The position numbers and the translations under genes are program-made. DNA of 64,000 bases from Felis catus (Eukaryota), in contig NC_058368.1 in assembly GCF_018350175.1 (NCBI RefSeq), positions 161,078,001-161,142,000 on the forward strand, given 5' to 3'. The notes under the pieces are model-generated. The model was not told the DNA's origin. It saw only the letters and a program-made list of their open reading frames with translations, and searched no databases. Below, one piece after another: positions 39,210-52,940 of the stretch (positions are counted from its first letter, which is position 1; each line of letters opens with the position of its first letter).

Positions 39210-40300
39210 GAGAATTTTTTTTAGAGCTGTTTTAGTTTCCCGACAAAATTGAGAAGGAGGTAACAATATTTCCCATGCATCTCCTGTTTCCACACACACA
39301 CAGTCTACTCCATTATCAATATCTTCACCAGGGCAGTTAAAACTGATGAACTCTCATTGACAAAACAGAATTGCACAAAGCCCATAGTTTACATTACTGT
39401 TCGCTCTTGGTGTTTTACATTCTATCGATTTGGATGAATGCATAATGATAGGTAACCATCATTATGGAAACATTCAGAATATTTTAACTGCCCCCTAAAA
39501 TTCTCTGTGCTCTAGCTATCCACTGCTTCCTTCCCACAATCTCTGGAAATCACTGATTGTTTAACTGACCCTTATAGTTTTACCTTTTCCAGAATGTCAT
39601 ATAGTTGGCATATTATAGTATGCAGCCTTCTCAGACTAGCTTAATTAACTTAGAAATATGCATTCAAGGTTCCTCCATGTCTTTTCTTGCCTACAAACTG
39701 ATTTTTTTTCTGAGTAATAGTAATGTGTATTTAGGCTTCTTTCATGGTTTTTCATGGGTTGACAGCTCATTTCCTTCTAGTGCTAAATAATATTTCATAG
39801 TCTGGATATGCCAGTTTATTTGCCCATTTACCTACTACAGGACATCTTGGTTGCCTCCAAGATTTGGCAGTTATGAATAAAGCTGAAATAAACATCCACA
39901 TGTAGATTTTCTAAGGGATGGAAGTTTTCAAAAGGGTATTTTAAAAATTTAATTTAATTCAATTTCATTTCATTTCAATTCCAGTATACTTAATATACAG
40001 TGTTACATTAGTTTCAAGTGTACAATACAGTGATTCAACTGGGTTTTGGAGAAATGCCCAGGAGCATGACTGTTGGATCTTTAGAGTATGTTTAGTTTTG
40101 ATGAAATTGCCAAGCTGTGTTCCAAAGTGTCTGTGCCACTTTGCATTCCTAAACAACAATGAATGAGAGTTTCTGTTGCTTCACATCCTCATTAACATTT
40201 GGTGTAGTCAGTGCCTTGGAGTTTTGCCATTCTAATAGGTATGTAGTGGTACCTAATTGTTGCTTTAATTTACAATTGTTTAATGACATGTAGTACTGAA
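39210..40300 (-). mobile_element. L1MC1-like 3' region
   Basis: ttagagctgttttag...cccatagtttacatt...ttttccagaatgtcatatagttgg...ggacatcttggttgcctccaag...ccattctaataggtatgtagtggta. Confidence 0.85.
39945..40039 (-). mobile_element. Short carnivore L1 3' end inserted in L1MC1
   Basis: aattccagtatacttaatatacagtgttacattagtttcaagtgtacaatacagtgattcaac. Confidence 0.75.
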
Positions 40301-40305
40301 CATCA

Positions 40306-40464
40306 TTAACATACAGGGTAATATTACTTGCAGGTGTACAATATAGTGATTCAACACTTCAATATAACACCCAGTGCTTATCACAAATGCACTCCTTAAT
40401 CTTCATCACCTATTTAACCCATACCCCCACCCACCTCCATTCTGATACCCATCAGTTTGTTCTC
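40306..40464 (-). mobile_element. Short carnivore L1 3' end
   Basis: caggtgtacaatatagtgattcaacac...gcactccttaatc...atcagtttgttctc. Confidence 0.8.
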
Positions 40465-40561
40465 AAGGACTGGATAAGGATAAGTCACTGAAAAGTTTCA
40501 AAACAATTTTAGAGTTGTCCAATATACAAGCAATATCTAACATGTTGTATCAAATATATCT

Positions 40562-41204
40562 ATTTTTATCGGCATTATTGAGGTATAAATTCATAGAGAA
40601 ATGCACATATCTAGCGTATACAATTCGGTAGGTTTGAACATATGCATGCACTTATAAAACCATCACCACAATCAAGGTAATAAACTTATCCATCACTTCC
40701 AAAAGTTTACTCCTGCTTCTTTGTGTTTGTTTGTTTGCTTGTTTGCTTTGTGGTGAGAACACTTGACTTGAGACCTACCGCTGAACGAAATTTTCAGTGT
40801 ACAATACAGTATTATTAACCATAGATACTAAGAGGCATCCACACTCACATATGTACTGCAGCATTATTTACAATGGTCAAGATATGGAAACAACTTAAGC
40901 GTCCATCTTGGATGAATGGATAAAGATGTAGTACATACATACAATGGAGTATCATTCAGTCTTAAAAGAAGAAGGAAGTCCTGCCTTATGTGACAACGTG
41001 GATAAACCTGAAGGACATTATATTATATGAAATAATCCAGTCATAGGACAAACATGGCACAAGCCCACTTGTATGAGGCCTCTAAGATATTCAAACTCAT
41101 AGAAGCACAGAGTAGAATGATAGTTTCCAGACACTGAGGATAAGGGAAATGAGGAGTTTTTCAAAGGGTTTAATTTTTTAGTGATGTATGATATCTACAT
41201 TCTA
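40562..41204 (-). mobile_element. L1MB1/L1MA10-like element with 5' inversion
   Basis: 3' end on the minus strand (40562-40830) joined to the adjacent upstream L1 segment on the plus strand (40831-41204). Confidence 0.8.
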
Positions 41205-42518
41205 AATGTACATATTTGAAGCAGCCTTAGAAATTACAGTTTGTTAACAACTTATCCTTTCTCTAACAAGACAACTACATAACTTCTTTAATCGTAGGTT
41301 CACAAAAATCCAATTTAATCACAATTATTTCATGTTTGCAGATTATATAGAGCAGTGGAAATGGAGACATGCTGGTGGACAAACACTAAATGTACTAAAA
41401 GAACTTAATCACTTTATTTTATTTCTTTGTGAATTATATTCCTTAGTAATAGTAAAGGATAAATCTGCACAAACAAGTAGGAAAATTGCTTACAAAATTT
41501 TAAGGACTTTTCTTTCAGGAAAACATGTTTGTCTATAGTGTTCTACCCTTCCCCCAAGAGCGTTTTAAAGCCTGGGGGCAGGAAAGATGCTCTAAATAAG
41601 ATGGAGAGATTTGTAATAAGGGAACTAGAGGAGATTTACAATTTTCTCGGCAAGCCAACCCTAAAACCTGAGATGACTGTATATGGTGGTGCGCCATCAT
41701 GGTGGGAGGTGTGGGAGAGTGAGTATTTCTTCAGGGTGGAATTCTAGGCTGTTAATTAAACAATTTCTGCAGAATTTTTACTTTTTTATGGATGTGAGCC
41801 ACAGTTCAATTTAATGGGAAGGTGTATCCTCTAACACCAAATTGATTAAATCCATACTAAACAACCTTATACTAAAAATTCTTCCAAATGTCTTGTACAG
41901 CCCTTGCAGCCCTCCACACTGCCTAACTATCCTCTTTATCTCTGGGGATAATATTTACTTCTAATAATTGCATTCCTCATCTTTGAAATGAGGCAACCGT
42001 GGGGGATAAGGTTATCATGTAAAACATATTAATCACCCTCCTAGGGTTTAGAAGCATTTTAGTGCATATCAAGCCTTGAAAATATCCTGGGATGTAATTA
42101 TGCCACAATGTTCACATTTTGAGTTATACCCCCTTGCTCAATTATTTGTTTGTTTGTTTGTTTGTTTGTTTTTCATGGTCTCATCCAATCATAGGTTGCT
42201 CACTTCGCATTGCAGTCCATACTCGGAAAACGCAATGGAAGTGGAACAGAGTTACTGATTAACTTATAGGAAGATGCTAATTGATCTGTTATTTAACCTG
42301 TAACCTCTACACATATTTGCCTTGTGAACCTACCCAATCAGATTTTTCTACAGTCCCCAGAGTAACTGACACTTGCAACAGATCAGTAATACCACATGAT
42401 GAGGGTTATATCCATAGCATGGCTCCACTGTTTGTCCACATTTATATCTTAAACTCCTGAAGAATAAGCTTTAACTTAATGGAATGAAAGTTTCCTGTAC
42501 TTTCACAGCATGAAGCAC

Positions 42519-42729
42519 TTTTTTTAATGCTTATTTATTTTTGAGAGAGAAAAAGAGACAGAGTACGAGCAGGGCAGAGACAGAGAGAGAGGGAAACACA
42601 AATCCAAAGCAGGCTCCAAGCTCTGAGCTGTCAGCACAAAGCCTGATGTGGGGCTCAGACTCACAGACCACAAGATCAGGACATGAGCAGAAGTCTGATG
42701 CTCAACTGAATGAGTCACCCAGGCATCCC
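42519..42729 (-). mobile_element. CAN-SINE (SINEC)
   Basis: Antisense SINEC; TSD agcat(g/a)aagcactttt. Confidence 0.95.
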
Positions 42730-42838
42730 AGCATAAAGCACTTTTAATTTTCTTCATAATTTAAGAATTGATGAAATTTTGATTATTTTTCTGCTTTATT
42801 TTTTCAGATAAAATGATAGTTGTTTAAACTGAAATTTT

Positions 42839-43234
42839 TTATTATTTTTAATTATTATTAGTTTTTACTAGGTAGGCTTCATGCCCAGCACAGAGCCTGA
42901 CGTGGGCTTGAACTCACAACCCTGAGGTCAAGACCAGAGCCAAGATCAAGAGTTGGATGCTTTGGGGGCACTTGGGTGGCTCAGATGACTTGCATCAGAC
43001 TCTTGGTTTTGGTACATGTCATGATCTCATGGTTCCTCACAGTTTGTGAGCTCGAGCCCTGCAGAGGGCTCCGTGCTGCCAATGTGAAGCCTGCTTAGGA
43101 TTCTCTCTTCCCCTCCTTCTGCTCACACTTGCTCTCAGGCTCTCTCTCCTTCTCTCTCTCTCTTTCTCAAAAATAACTAAACTTTAAAAACAAAAGATTT
43201 GGGCATGTAACCAACTGAGCTACCCAGATACCCC
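42839..43234 (-). mobile_element. Older CAN-SINE split by a nested SINE
   Basis: Body at 42871-42962, head at 43209-43234; outer TSD taaactgaaattt. Confidence 0.85.
42964..43193 (+). mobile_element. Nested CAN-SINE
   Basis: gggggcacttgggtggctcag head to ctcaaaaataactaaactttaaaaa tail. Confidence 0.9.
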
Positions 43235-45215
43235 TAAACTGAAATTTGATTCATACTTTGATTTTTGTTATTTCTTAAGGAGTGTTAGCTCTCCATCCCT
43301 GTATAAGAATGAAAATGCTCATGGACATGAGCAGTTTCTTGAAAGCCTATTTAGAATACAAGAGAAGTGCCTGACACATGCTCATGAGATGCTGCTTTGA
43401 GTAACCAAATGGATGGTATTTCTCAGAGGTAATATCTTGGGAAGGAATTCCTCCAAGAATTCAGACAGATCATCTAGACACATACATATCAATCCAAAGT
43501 GGTTGTGAAAGGAGGGGGTCTGTAAGGTATGTAACCAAAGCAATAAAAATCAAACATCGATTCCAAACAAAACAGCCAACAAAGGATTAATAAAGCAGGG
43601 AATATAGAGGACAAAATGGCCTGGGAAATCTTCCTTTCTTCCTTCCTTCCTCCCTTCATTCCTGTCTTTTTTTGAAGGCTATAAAATATTGTCATACATA
43701 TACTGATATATTTGAATGTTTACATAATGACATGCAAACCTAAGCACACATGCAGAGTTGGGCCTCATTCTGAGGTACTGTCAAAAATCTGAAATGTAAG
43801 CTCGGTATGATTGAGAATTAGGCAGGGCAAAATGACCCCCTAGAATTCCCCTGAGATAAGCACTGCTGGATGTTAGTAGTCAGTCCCTGGAGACACTTTA
43901 GGTTTGCAGCTCTTCTTTAGAAATAGCTGTACGCTGAGGTGGGTTGGGAAGACTCAACCTGGAAAGTAAGTAGATGTAAAGAATTCTGAGAAAGATGCTT
44001 TCTATTGTGTTTGTACAGTAAATATATTCATGCTTTGTCATAAGCATGAACCCATAGTATACATAAGCCCTAATTTTTAGAAAAATACCATTTCCTTGGA
44101 TATTCTTTTGCATCAAAATCAAAGACTATTTGTAAATTGGGTTCCAAAAATAATTTTAGAAGTGCTGATAATTGGAGACCAGCATGTAGGCAGGTAAATC
44201 TGGCCTTTTTTACAGTGTGGATATAGGTCTTTGATATAGAGGGGTTATATTGGGTGGTACTCATGGGAACTAGGACCATGGAAGTTTTAGAGGTATTGTT
44301 GACAGCCTATTAATTATCAAAAGTTTATAGCAGGACAGACATAGAGGAGCTGGCACCTTCTGAGAAAAATCCATAAACCTTCCTCCCCCAGTAAGTATTA
44401 AGGCATGGCAAATGGTTTCTACAAATGTTCTTTTTTTACATGTGTTATAAATAGTATGTTTTCACTTACAAAGTATTTTTTAAGCATAGTATAAATGGCT
44501 TTTGCACTGGGACTTGGTTTTATATTCTGTTCATTTATTTTCTCTCCTTTTCTAGGGGTTGTAAATTCTCTGCTTTTCTCGATTAAGTGCATTTTCTCTT
44601 TTTAAAAAAAACAAATCCCAAATCAATATTCACATGAGTAAAAGCTGATTTATTAGAATAATGGATTTAAAACCAAAACAAATGAAATGCTGCTGCTGTA
44701 AAAGGGTTTTCCCTTAACAGTCAAAATAAGAAAATTGAATTAATATTTAAGCTTTCATTTCTACAGCTGGTTTGAATATTAATTGCTTGAGTAAATTTAC
44801 AAATTTACTCTTTACAAACTTAACCCCATTGCTGAAAATCACATTGCCAACCACTATGTACTTTATCTTGTTAGGGGGAAAAAAAGGAAAGACTTTCCAT
44901 GTAGAGTCAAAGAAAATGCATGAAGTAATTTTTAATTGGAATTCACCAGCCATGATGACTGTAAATGAGGGTTAAATGGAGAACAGGTAGTGTTCAATAG
45001 GAAGCCATTATACAACCATACTGTTACGGCCATCTTCTGTCTAAATAGGGCTTTCAATATTTATTTCTGGAGTTCTGGCACACAGTTCTGAAAATGAAAG
45101 GAACTATAAGAGTACAGTATGAAAAAGAGAAAAGACACCAAAATTACTGAAATCTAACCCATGTGTCTAATAGCATAATCCCTGACATAGGCATCATTGC
45201 TCAGAAAAAAAAATG

Positions 45216-45275
<60 letters not shown>

Positions 45276-45279
45276 TATA
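45216..45279. repeat. (TA)n microsatellite
   Basis: Directly visible. Confidence 0.95.
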
Positions 45280-45295
45280 GTTGAGCCTTTCTTTA

Positions 45296-45509
45296 TTTTT
45301 TTAAATTTTTTAAATTTATTTTTGAAGGAGAGAGAGACAGAGCATGAGCGGGGGAGGAGCAGGGAGAGAGGGAGACACAGAACTCAAACCAGGCTCCAGG
45401 CTCTATGCTGTCAGCACAGAGCCCGATGTGGGGCTCAAACTCACGAACCACGAGAACATGACCCGAGCCGAAGTCGGATGCTCAACCAACTGAGCCACCC
45501 AGGCGCCCC
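45296..45509 (-). mobile_element. CAN-SINE (SINEC_Fc-type)
   Basis: Perfect TSD gttgagcctttcttta. Confidence 0.97.
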
Positions 45510-46264
45510 TGTTGAGCCTTTCTTTAAACAAGAACAATTAAATGCTGAATTTGTTATCCAGAGGACTCTGATAGTTAATAAATGTTACTCTTTCATATAT
45601 CTTGCTTCCATCAGCTGAGCAGGATTGTAAACTTATGATAAAAACATTTTAATAACCAAAGCACAAGAATTATATGAGTCTGGAATAATGAAGACAGGTA
45701 GCAGAACTTTAGGTAAGGTGAAGCAATGCTCTTCCTTTATGTTCCTTTGGGTTGCACTGATTGAAGATTAAAATAGTAGAAGTTTTTATTTGGCACACTT
45801 AAAAGATTGGCAAAAATTATCATAGCTGTATAACACAAGCAAATTGTAACAGCCACAGACACACCCTAGAGCTACTTTACTCCTTAAACTCCAGTCTTGT
45901 AGACTGCCAATCGATAACCTATGACCTAGATATTCACTGAGTGTTGTTTTGCTTAATCTGCTGAATATTTTTTAACCTGATAATCTATAATTAATGAAAC
46001 ATCACTTAAAAATTCCAATTTTTAAAACTTTCTTGACAAACTGGAAAGTCTATACCCAAACCTCCATGTGTAATAAGATTAGGTTTTTTCTAACCAAAAT
46101 AAAGGTTTTGTCTTTTAGACAGGGCACTTGGTCTTTTGGTTACCATACTCTACATCTGTTTCTATCAGTTCCCACCACTAAGGCCAGCTGTTGATAGGCA
46201 TGAATCATCTTTCTTGTGCTAATACCTTTTTTTAAATATATATATAACAGAAGAATATAGATTC

Positions 46265-47879
46265 TATATGAGTTTTCAAGGGCTGCTGTAACAAAGTACA
46301 ACAAATTGGGTGGCTTAACAGAGAAATTCATTGCGTCACAATTCTGAAAGCTAGAAGTCCAAATCAAGGTATTGGAAGGGCCACGTTCCTTGAACAGCTA
46401 TGGAGGAATCTTTCCTTGGCTCTTCTAGCTTCTGGTGGCAATTTTTGGCATTCCTCCATTTGCAGCTGCATTAGGCCAGCCTTTATTATTATATGATGTT
46501 CTCCCTATGTGACTCTATCCTTACATGGCCATTATCTTATAAGGACATTAGTCACATCCAATTAGCGGCTCATCCTACTCCATTATGATTCTATCTTAAC
46601 TAAGTACATCTGCAATTAACTTACTACAAAATAAGGTCATATTCTAAGTCACTTCAGGTTAGGCCTTCAACATATCTTTTTTTTTTTTTTTTTTTTTTGC
46701 GGTGGGGGGGGGGATCACACAATTCAAGAGAACACCTTCTCACCTCCCAAAATTCATGTCTTTTCCACATGCAAAATATATTCACCCAATCCCAACATCC
46801 CCCAAAGTCTTAACCCAAACCAACACCAGCTCTAAAATTTTATCCAAATCTCATCTAAATCAGGTATGGATGAGATGCACTGCATGCTCCATCCTGGGAC
46901 AAAATCCCATTCCATTCATGGACATGTGAAACCAGGAAACAAATTATCTCCATACGGTAGACATTTCCTTTTCCAAAGGAGAAATTGGAAGAAAGAAAAA
47001 GAGATCACTGGTACAAAGCAAGTTGACAACAGAGCAGGGTAAATTCTATTAGGTTTTAAGGCTGACAATCACATGTCTAATCTCTTTAGGACACTGCTGC
47101 CCAGCCAAACTCTGCACTGTTTCCAGAGCACACTGTCTGGATAGGCTGAGAATTTCCCAAATTATCAGGGTCCGGTTTATTTTTGCTCAGCAGTTCCTTC
47201 AATTTCTCCTTTCCTTCTTGCATTTTACTATTTTGAGGCAAGAGCAATCCAGGCTGTGTCTTCGAGTTTTTCCTTGGGAATTCTCTCAGCTAAATATCCA
47301 AGTTTACTGCTTACAGGTTTTCTGCCACTTTATAAAACAAGAATCACTTTTCCTCCAGTTTCCAAGAATACCTTCTTCATTTCTATCTGATCCTTCAGCA
47401 GAATCACCTTTAACATCTATATTTCTACCAACAGTCTCTTCAAGTCAATCTAGTTTTTTTTTTTCTTTCTATCATGTACCTAAAAATTATTCTTGCTTCT
47501 ACTTATGGCCTGTTTCCAACCCATTTCTACATTTTTATGTATTTCTTACAACAGCAATCCACTTGTTGGTACCAAAATCTCTATTAGTTTGTTGTTGTTG
47601 TTGTTTTTAGTTTGTTTGTTTGTTTTGTTTTAGGTATGCTGTAATAAAGTACCACACACTGGATGGCTTAAACAATAGAAACTTATTGTCACGCAGTCTG
47701 GAGGCCCGAAGTCCAAAATCAAGATATTTGATTAGGGATTCACTCTGCTCTACTCCAAGATGACCTGTACCTTAACTAATTATATCTTCCATGAACCTAT
47801 TTCCAAATAGAGGTATTCTAAGGTATGACGTACTGCTAGGACATTCTTTTGGGTGGGGGGAACAATTCAACTGGTAACC
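46265..47879 (-). mobile_element. MLT1 (MaLR, MLT1B/C-like) element: LTR, internal region, LTR
   Basis: LTRs at 46265-46735 and 47580-47879 share gctgtaa(c/t)aaagtac..aca..tggctta and gaagtccaaa; the region between resembles MLT1-int. Confidence 0.85.
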
Positions 47880-49174
47880 GTTTTTATATCCATACCTTTA
47901 ACAAAGGTGAAAAATTTTAAAAAGAATAGACTGAGAGGGCTGTTCAATTTTTCTAGAACCCTAACCACTTCTCACATACACATTTCTTGCTGGTACCCTT
48001 CAGAATTTGGTACAGTGGCTTATAATTACTATATGACAGAATATAGATTGAGATGGATATAATTCTCTAGGCTAATATATAAACATATTCATTTATATTC
48101 CAATAGTAATTTATACAACTAAATAATAAGGCAAATGTTATATTCAATATGCAATACAAGGTTTGCAAAGATGCTCCAAAGAATGTAATCCTTAGCTCAA
48201 AATCAGTTATGAGTTTGGGAACAATTTATGATCTTCAGATAGAACAAGACTTTCTTCAACTAATAAAAACTGAGTGTAAGAATATGTGCTAATAAAGAAA
48301 ATAAATCAATATACACCCATACATTAAAATGCCTTTTAAGATTCTGAGTGCTATTTATTAAAAACTAAAGTTTCTTTTCACAATTAATATAAAATGTCTA
48401 AATTACCAAAGCACAAATATGCAGATGACTATTTAAGAGACATGGAGATATTATGTACATGAAACAAAGCATGATATGAATGGTACTTGCTTTTAAATTT
48501 AATATATATTAAAATTTGAGGATAATTATTTGCCACCATGGTATCAGGGACAGTGAAAACAATAAATTCTGTTCTATCAACACTTTAACGTGTGGAAATG
48601 TAATCTTCTTTAAATATAATGAGTTTTCTAAGAATCATTTAATTTTCTCCCCAGTCTTCTTTCTCTTGCTGTGATTATTATTACTATATTATAAACGTTG
48701 AGTTAGTTTTCCTCCTGATCAAACCGAAAGATGGTCAATAAATGTTCAGAATGATGTTACCTTTGGGACCCTTGTTTTTATACCAAGAACTGTCCCAGAA
48801 TGTAAATAAAATGGGCTATAGGGAAATATTTAAGTTGGGAAATGACTGAAATTTAAAGACGGATATTGTTTCTGAATATAATGCCTTTCTTTCCAAGTTT
48901 TTCCAAAATAGCACTCTGCTTTCACTGCTTTGACCACCACAAACTGCTTTTTTTTTTTTTTTATTTACCAGAATGAACTTCTAGAAAGTCCTCATTTATG
49001 TGTACTGGAATAGGGTTCAGTTTTTCACAAGTCACAAAGGGATCAATATATGCAATATTATAGGATTCAATGTCAGCATTAAACCACCATATAGACCCAA
49101 GTAATAAATAATTTCACATACCTTGTGGGTTTTTTTTTTCACCATATTCCCAGGCAGTCCCTATTACAGACTCT

Positions 49175-49400
49175 TTCTTTAAAATGTTTATTTATTTATA
49201 TTGAAAGAGAGGAAGGGAGAGCACACATGTGTGCACATGTGGGGGAAGTGGCAGAGAGAGGGTAGGAGAGAAAGAATCCCAATCAGACTCAGTGCTGTCA
49301 GTATAGAGCCCAATGTGGCTGGATCTCGCCAACCACTGAGATCATGACCTGACTTGGAATCAAGTCCGACACTTAACCAACTGAGCCACGCAACTGCCCC
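49175..49400 (-). mobile_element. CAN-SINE (SINEC)
   Basis: Antisense SINEC; TSD tacagactctt. Confidence 0.9.
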
Positions 49401-50187
49401 TACAGACTCTTACTCTTTCATCCTAGATTTGGAATCCAGCCTTCACAGCTTCATCTTACACACCAGCCTCAGGTTGCACTGCACTACATGGTTCTCAAGT
49501 ACTTAACAGCCTCCTGCAATCCTGCCACAATCCACTTATTCCTTAAGATCCTGAGGATCTTATATCTCAGACCCACTTTCATTGATCCTAAAACCATGTC
49601 TGCTCTCTGAACAACTTCATCAGATTAAAGCTAACATCACGTCTTACTGAAATGTCAGAAGCCTTCCTCATTTCTTTTTGTATAAACTGCCTGTTTTTTA
49701 ACAAAACATATTTATGAAGTGTCACCTGACATCCTAAGACAGACTGCTTTAGAGGAAAAATTGAAGGCATAACCAGGTTTTGAAGCAGAATATTTGATGT
49801 GTCCTCTATAAGAAAAATAATACATAATTACAGCTGTTAAGTTAAATCTAAAACTGGCTATATAAATCACAACAAATAGCAAACTGTAAAAAATCACAAA
49901 TACAGCTACTTCTCAAAATCCAGAAAAATATGTTTTTACCCAATAGCTGTCTTACCATCTTTATAATACTTCTTTCTTACATATTATTATTTCTGATTGT
50001 TTTCTCAAATGAAAATAATCTTGTAAGATCATTGTCAACACAGGAATAAAAATATAATCCAGTCTTTCTTCTAGCATGGTTGATGAAAATTTTTATTAAT
50101 TATTTAGAAAAGTTTATTTTGGCTTCAAACCTGCTATTGGAAATGTTATATAAATTATAGGATTGTTTCAAATTTGCCCAATGCTCT

Positions 50188-50396
50188 CTTTTTTTCTTTA
50201 GGTTTACTTATTTATTTTGAGAGAGAGAGAGAGAGCAAGTCGGGGAGGGGCAGAGAGAAGGAGACAGAATCCCAGGCAGGCTCCACACCATCAGCACAGA
50301 GTCCATTCCAGGGCTTGAACTCATGAATTCTGAGATCATGACCTGAACCAAGGTCAAGAGTTGGGCGCTTATCTGACTATGCCATTTGGGCACCCC
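50188..50396 (-). mobile_element. CAN-SINE (SINEC)
   Basis: Antisense SINEC body and head. Confidence 0.93.
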
Positions 50397-51087
50397 AATT
50401 GCTTAAATCTCTTTTGAGCTTCTTTCATGTATAAACGTTAAAAGTTCAGAATTTTTTTTTTTGTACATTTTTATATAATGCCTAGGGTTAGAATCAGTTT
50501 GTTGATTAAAGCCTTGTTTTAATTTTTTGGGGTTAGTTTTACCATTATAATTTTTAACATTTTGTGTTATTAAATAGAAATTAATAAGAATCTGTAAAGA
50601 TGTAACTGGGCAAGTCATTTTAGGCTGAAGCAAGAACATGAGTAAAGGCACAGTCAAGCAGAGACAAAGAGTGAGGTAGACTACAGTGTATGGGTGGGAC
50701 ATTAAGTGAGCAAAAGGAGTAGAAAACAGATAAGGAGAGCCAGATAAGGAGAGGGGCTCACAGTGCTAAATTCTGGAAGTGACTAGGATCAACCAGAATG
50801 CTCTAAAATAAAACCTGATACCAGATGATATCATGTATTTCTAAGATCATTAGCATTTATATCAGATAAATTAGGATTTAATTTTAGTGCTATTCATGTT
50901 AGCTTGTGAAAACTCATTAGCAATAACTAAAATAACCACAGAAGTGCCTTCAATCTCTCTCTCTCTCTCCCTTTCTCTGTCTCTCTTTCTCTCACATACG
51001 CATACACACACACTCCAAACCTAATTTGTATCCCCTATTTAACTTTAAATGGATTTCCAAAGTGACTATAGTTACTGAAAAGTCATC

Positions 51088-51660
51088 TGTCAAAACAGAA
51101 ATTGCACCAAGCAAAGTTAAACAGGAATGGAAGACTTTATTCATGGCTATAGCAATAAATTAGAGAGATCAAAACACAATCTGAACTCAAAGCCATTGAA
51201 ACAAAAGGTGGAGGAGCTTTTAATAGCTGGGATGCGAAGGACCATATGTCATCTGTGCTTGGTAACTGGACTTACTCAAAGATAAAGTAAATTTTCTCAT
51301 ATCTTCATGACAGGAGGTAGTTTTACAACTTAGAGCAAGATGCCCATCAAACTTAGGCTCCCACCTACAAAATTAGGCTCCAGTCCTACATAGATTAGGA
51401 GATAGGTGCACTGTCTTGATGATCTCATTCTATAGAGAGATGAATCCCATGTCCTTGAGAAAAACATTCTTGGGTTGCAAAACTGGCAAGAGCCTTTTAA
51501 AGAGATTTATTTCTAAAAAAAAAAAAGGCAGAGAAAAAATTTACAATTACAAATGTTATAAAGCAAAGATTTAGCAACAGGGATTTCGGTGCCTAAAGTC
51601 AGAAAGAAAACTTTCTAATGTTTAGTAAATCTTCAGGGAACTTAAAGACCATCTTGGTGA
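51088..51660 (-). mobile_element. ERV1-class solo LTR (MER67/MER89-like)
   Basis: tgtcaaaacagaaattgcacc...aagactttattca (AATAAA on minus strand)...catcttggtga; 4-bp flanks catc/cacc. Confidence 0.75.
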
Positions 51661-51939
51661 CACCCAACATAAGGAGAATAGGGAGAGATGAGCCTGAGCA
51701 GAATGACAGTGGAATGAACCATAGTTAAAATATTTTTTACAGAAGCACTGCCATGAGAACACATTGCTAGGGCCATCTCAGTGCATTTGAAGGAAACTAA
51801 ATGAAAGACACCGAAGTTCAAGTTTCTTTCACATCCCAATATATCTACCACTGGGAGAGGACATGAGGCACCATCATGCTTTACAATACTCCAACAGCAA
51901 TTTCTGAAAATCTGGCTCCCCTAGTGGTTCTTAACTCTT

Positions 51940-52280
51940 CTCTTCCATATTTGCAGCCACCATGCTGGTCCAGAACTTCATGATATTTCATACACTACAG
52001 GGTCAAAACCAGCAGTGCTTCTGCTGCCCTCATATGATCCCCTCACCACAACCATAGCTGTCTTTCAAAGATTTAAACAAATTCTATCACTTCCCTGTTT
52101 AGAAGTACAAAGTTATTCCCATTTCACTTCTAAGTAAATCCAAACTCTAGCCCATAGCCTGTAATTACCTAAATGACCTGTCTCCTTCATTTAGTATATT
52201 CTAGGAATTCTGACCTGCTTTCACACCTTGAGCATGTTAAATATTGTCTTGTCTGGGCATTTCCACAGGCTGATTCCCCT
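51940..52280 (+). mobile_element. Degraded L2 fragment
   Basis: ctggtccag...tcacttccctgtttag...taaatccaaactc. Confidence 0.55.
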
Positions 52281-52814
52281 GTAAAAACAGGATTGTCTTC
52301 ATTATCTAATCATTATCAACATGGTGTAGAGAAAAATTTAAACTTACTTTGGTTATTAGTGAGGTTAAATAAGTGAGGTTGCATTTTTGACCTATAGTTT
52401 TTGTTTATTATTTCTATGGGGAACAATAATTTCAAAAGGCTTTTGTGTAAGTTTATATAATGCTTTTTACACATATGACAAATATATTTCCCAGTTTTTA
52501 TTTTGTTTTTATTCATTACTTAAAATATATTCCCCATATTTTAAAAGCTTTATATTGTTAGCTCCATATAGTTTCTAGTACATTCTTTCTTAACCATCAT
52601 TGCATTAATTATGCTTTGCATAATTGCAACAGAAGCAGTGAGAGTTTATGTTCTTTTGTAGTTGTCCTATTTTTCTTAGAAAAATAACAAGCAAAGTCAT
52701 TAGCTGAAAGTAAGGATGGAAAGAAATTGTTGGTATTCTGAGGGAAAAGAATAAGGTAAGAAACACCAGGCAGTGGAAACAACAGTTTTGCTGGGCTATA
52801 CAAATGGACAATTT

Positions 52815-52940
52815 GACACTTAAGCATTTATTTGACAAATATTTATTGTACTCCTTCTATATTCTAAGTGCTCCTCCAGGCTTTTGTGATACAACAGTAA
52901 ATAAAAGAGATTTCTGATCTTATGGAACTTAGGTTAGTGG
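52815..52940 (-). mobile_element. L2 3'-end fragment
   Basis: catttatttgacaaatatttattg...gatacaacagtaaataaaagaga...tatggaactta. Confidence 0.65.

Noticed and set aside
44330..44397. Possible plus-strand exon ending at cca|gtaagt
   Set aside because: No polypyrimidine tract upstream and no recognisable coding content.
45163..45618. Longest ORF in the track (151 aa)
   Set aside because: It is composed of a (TA)n microsatellite (YIYIYI) and an antisense SINEC, so it is not a gene.
47218..47610. 130 aa ORF
   Set aside because: It lies in the MLT1 internal region, is low-complexity and has no recognisable domain.
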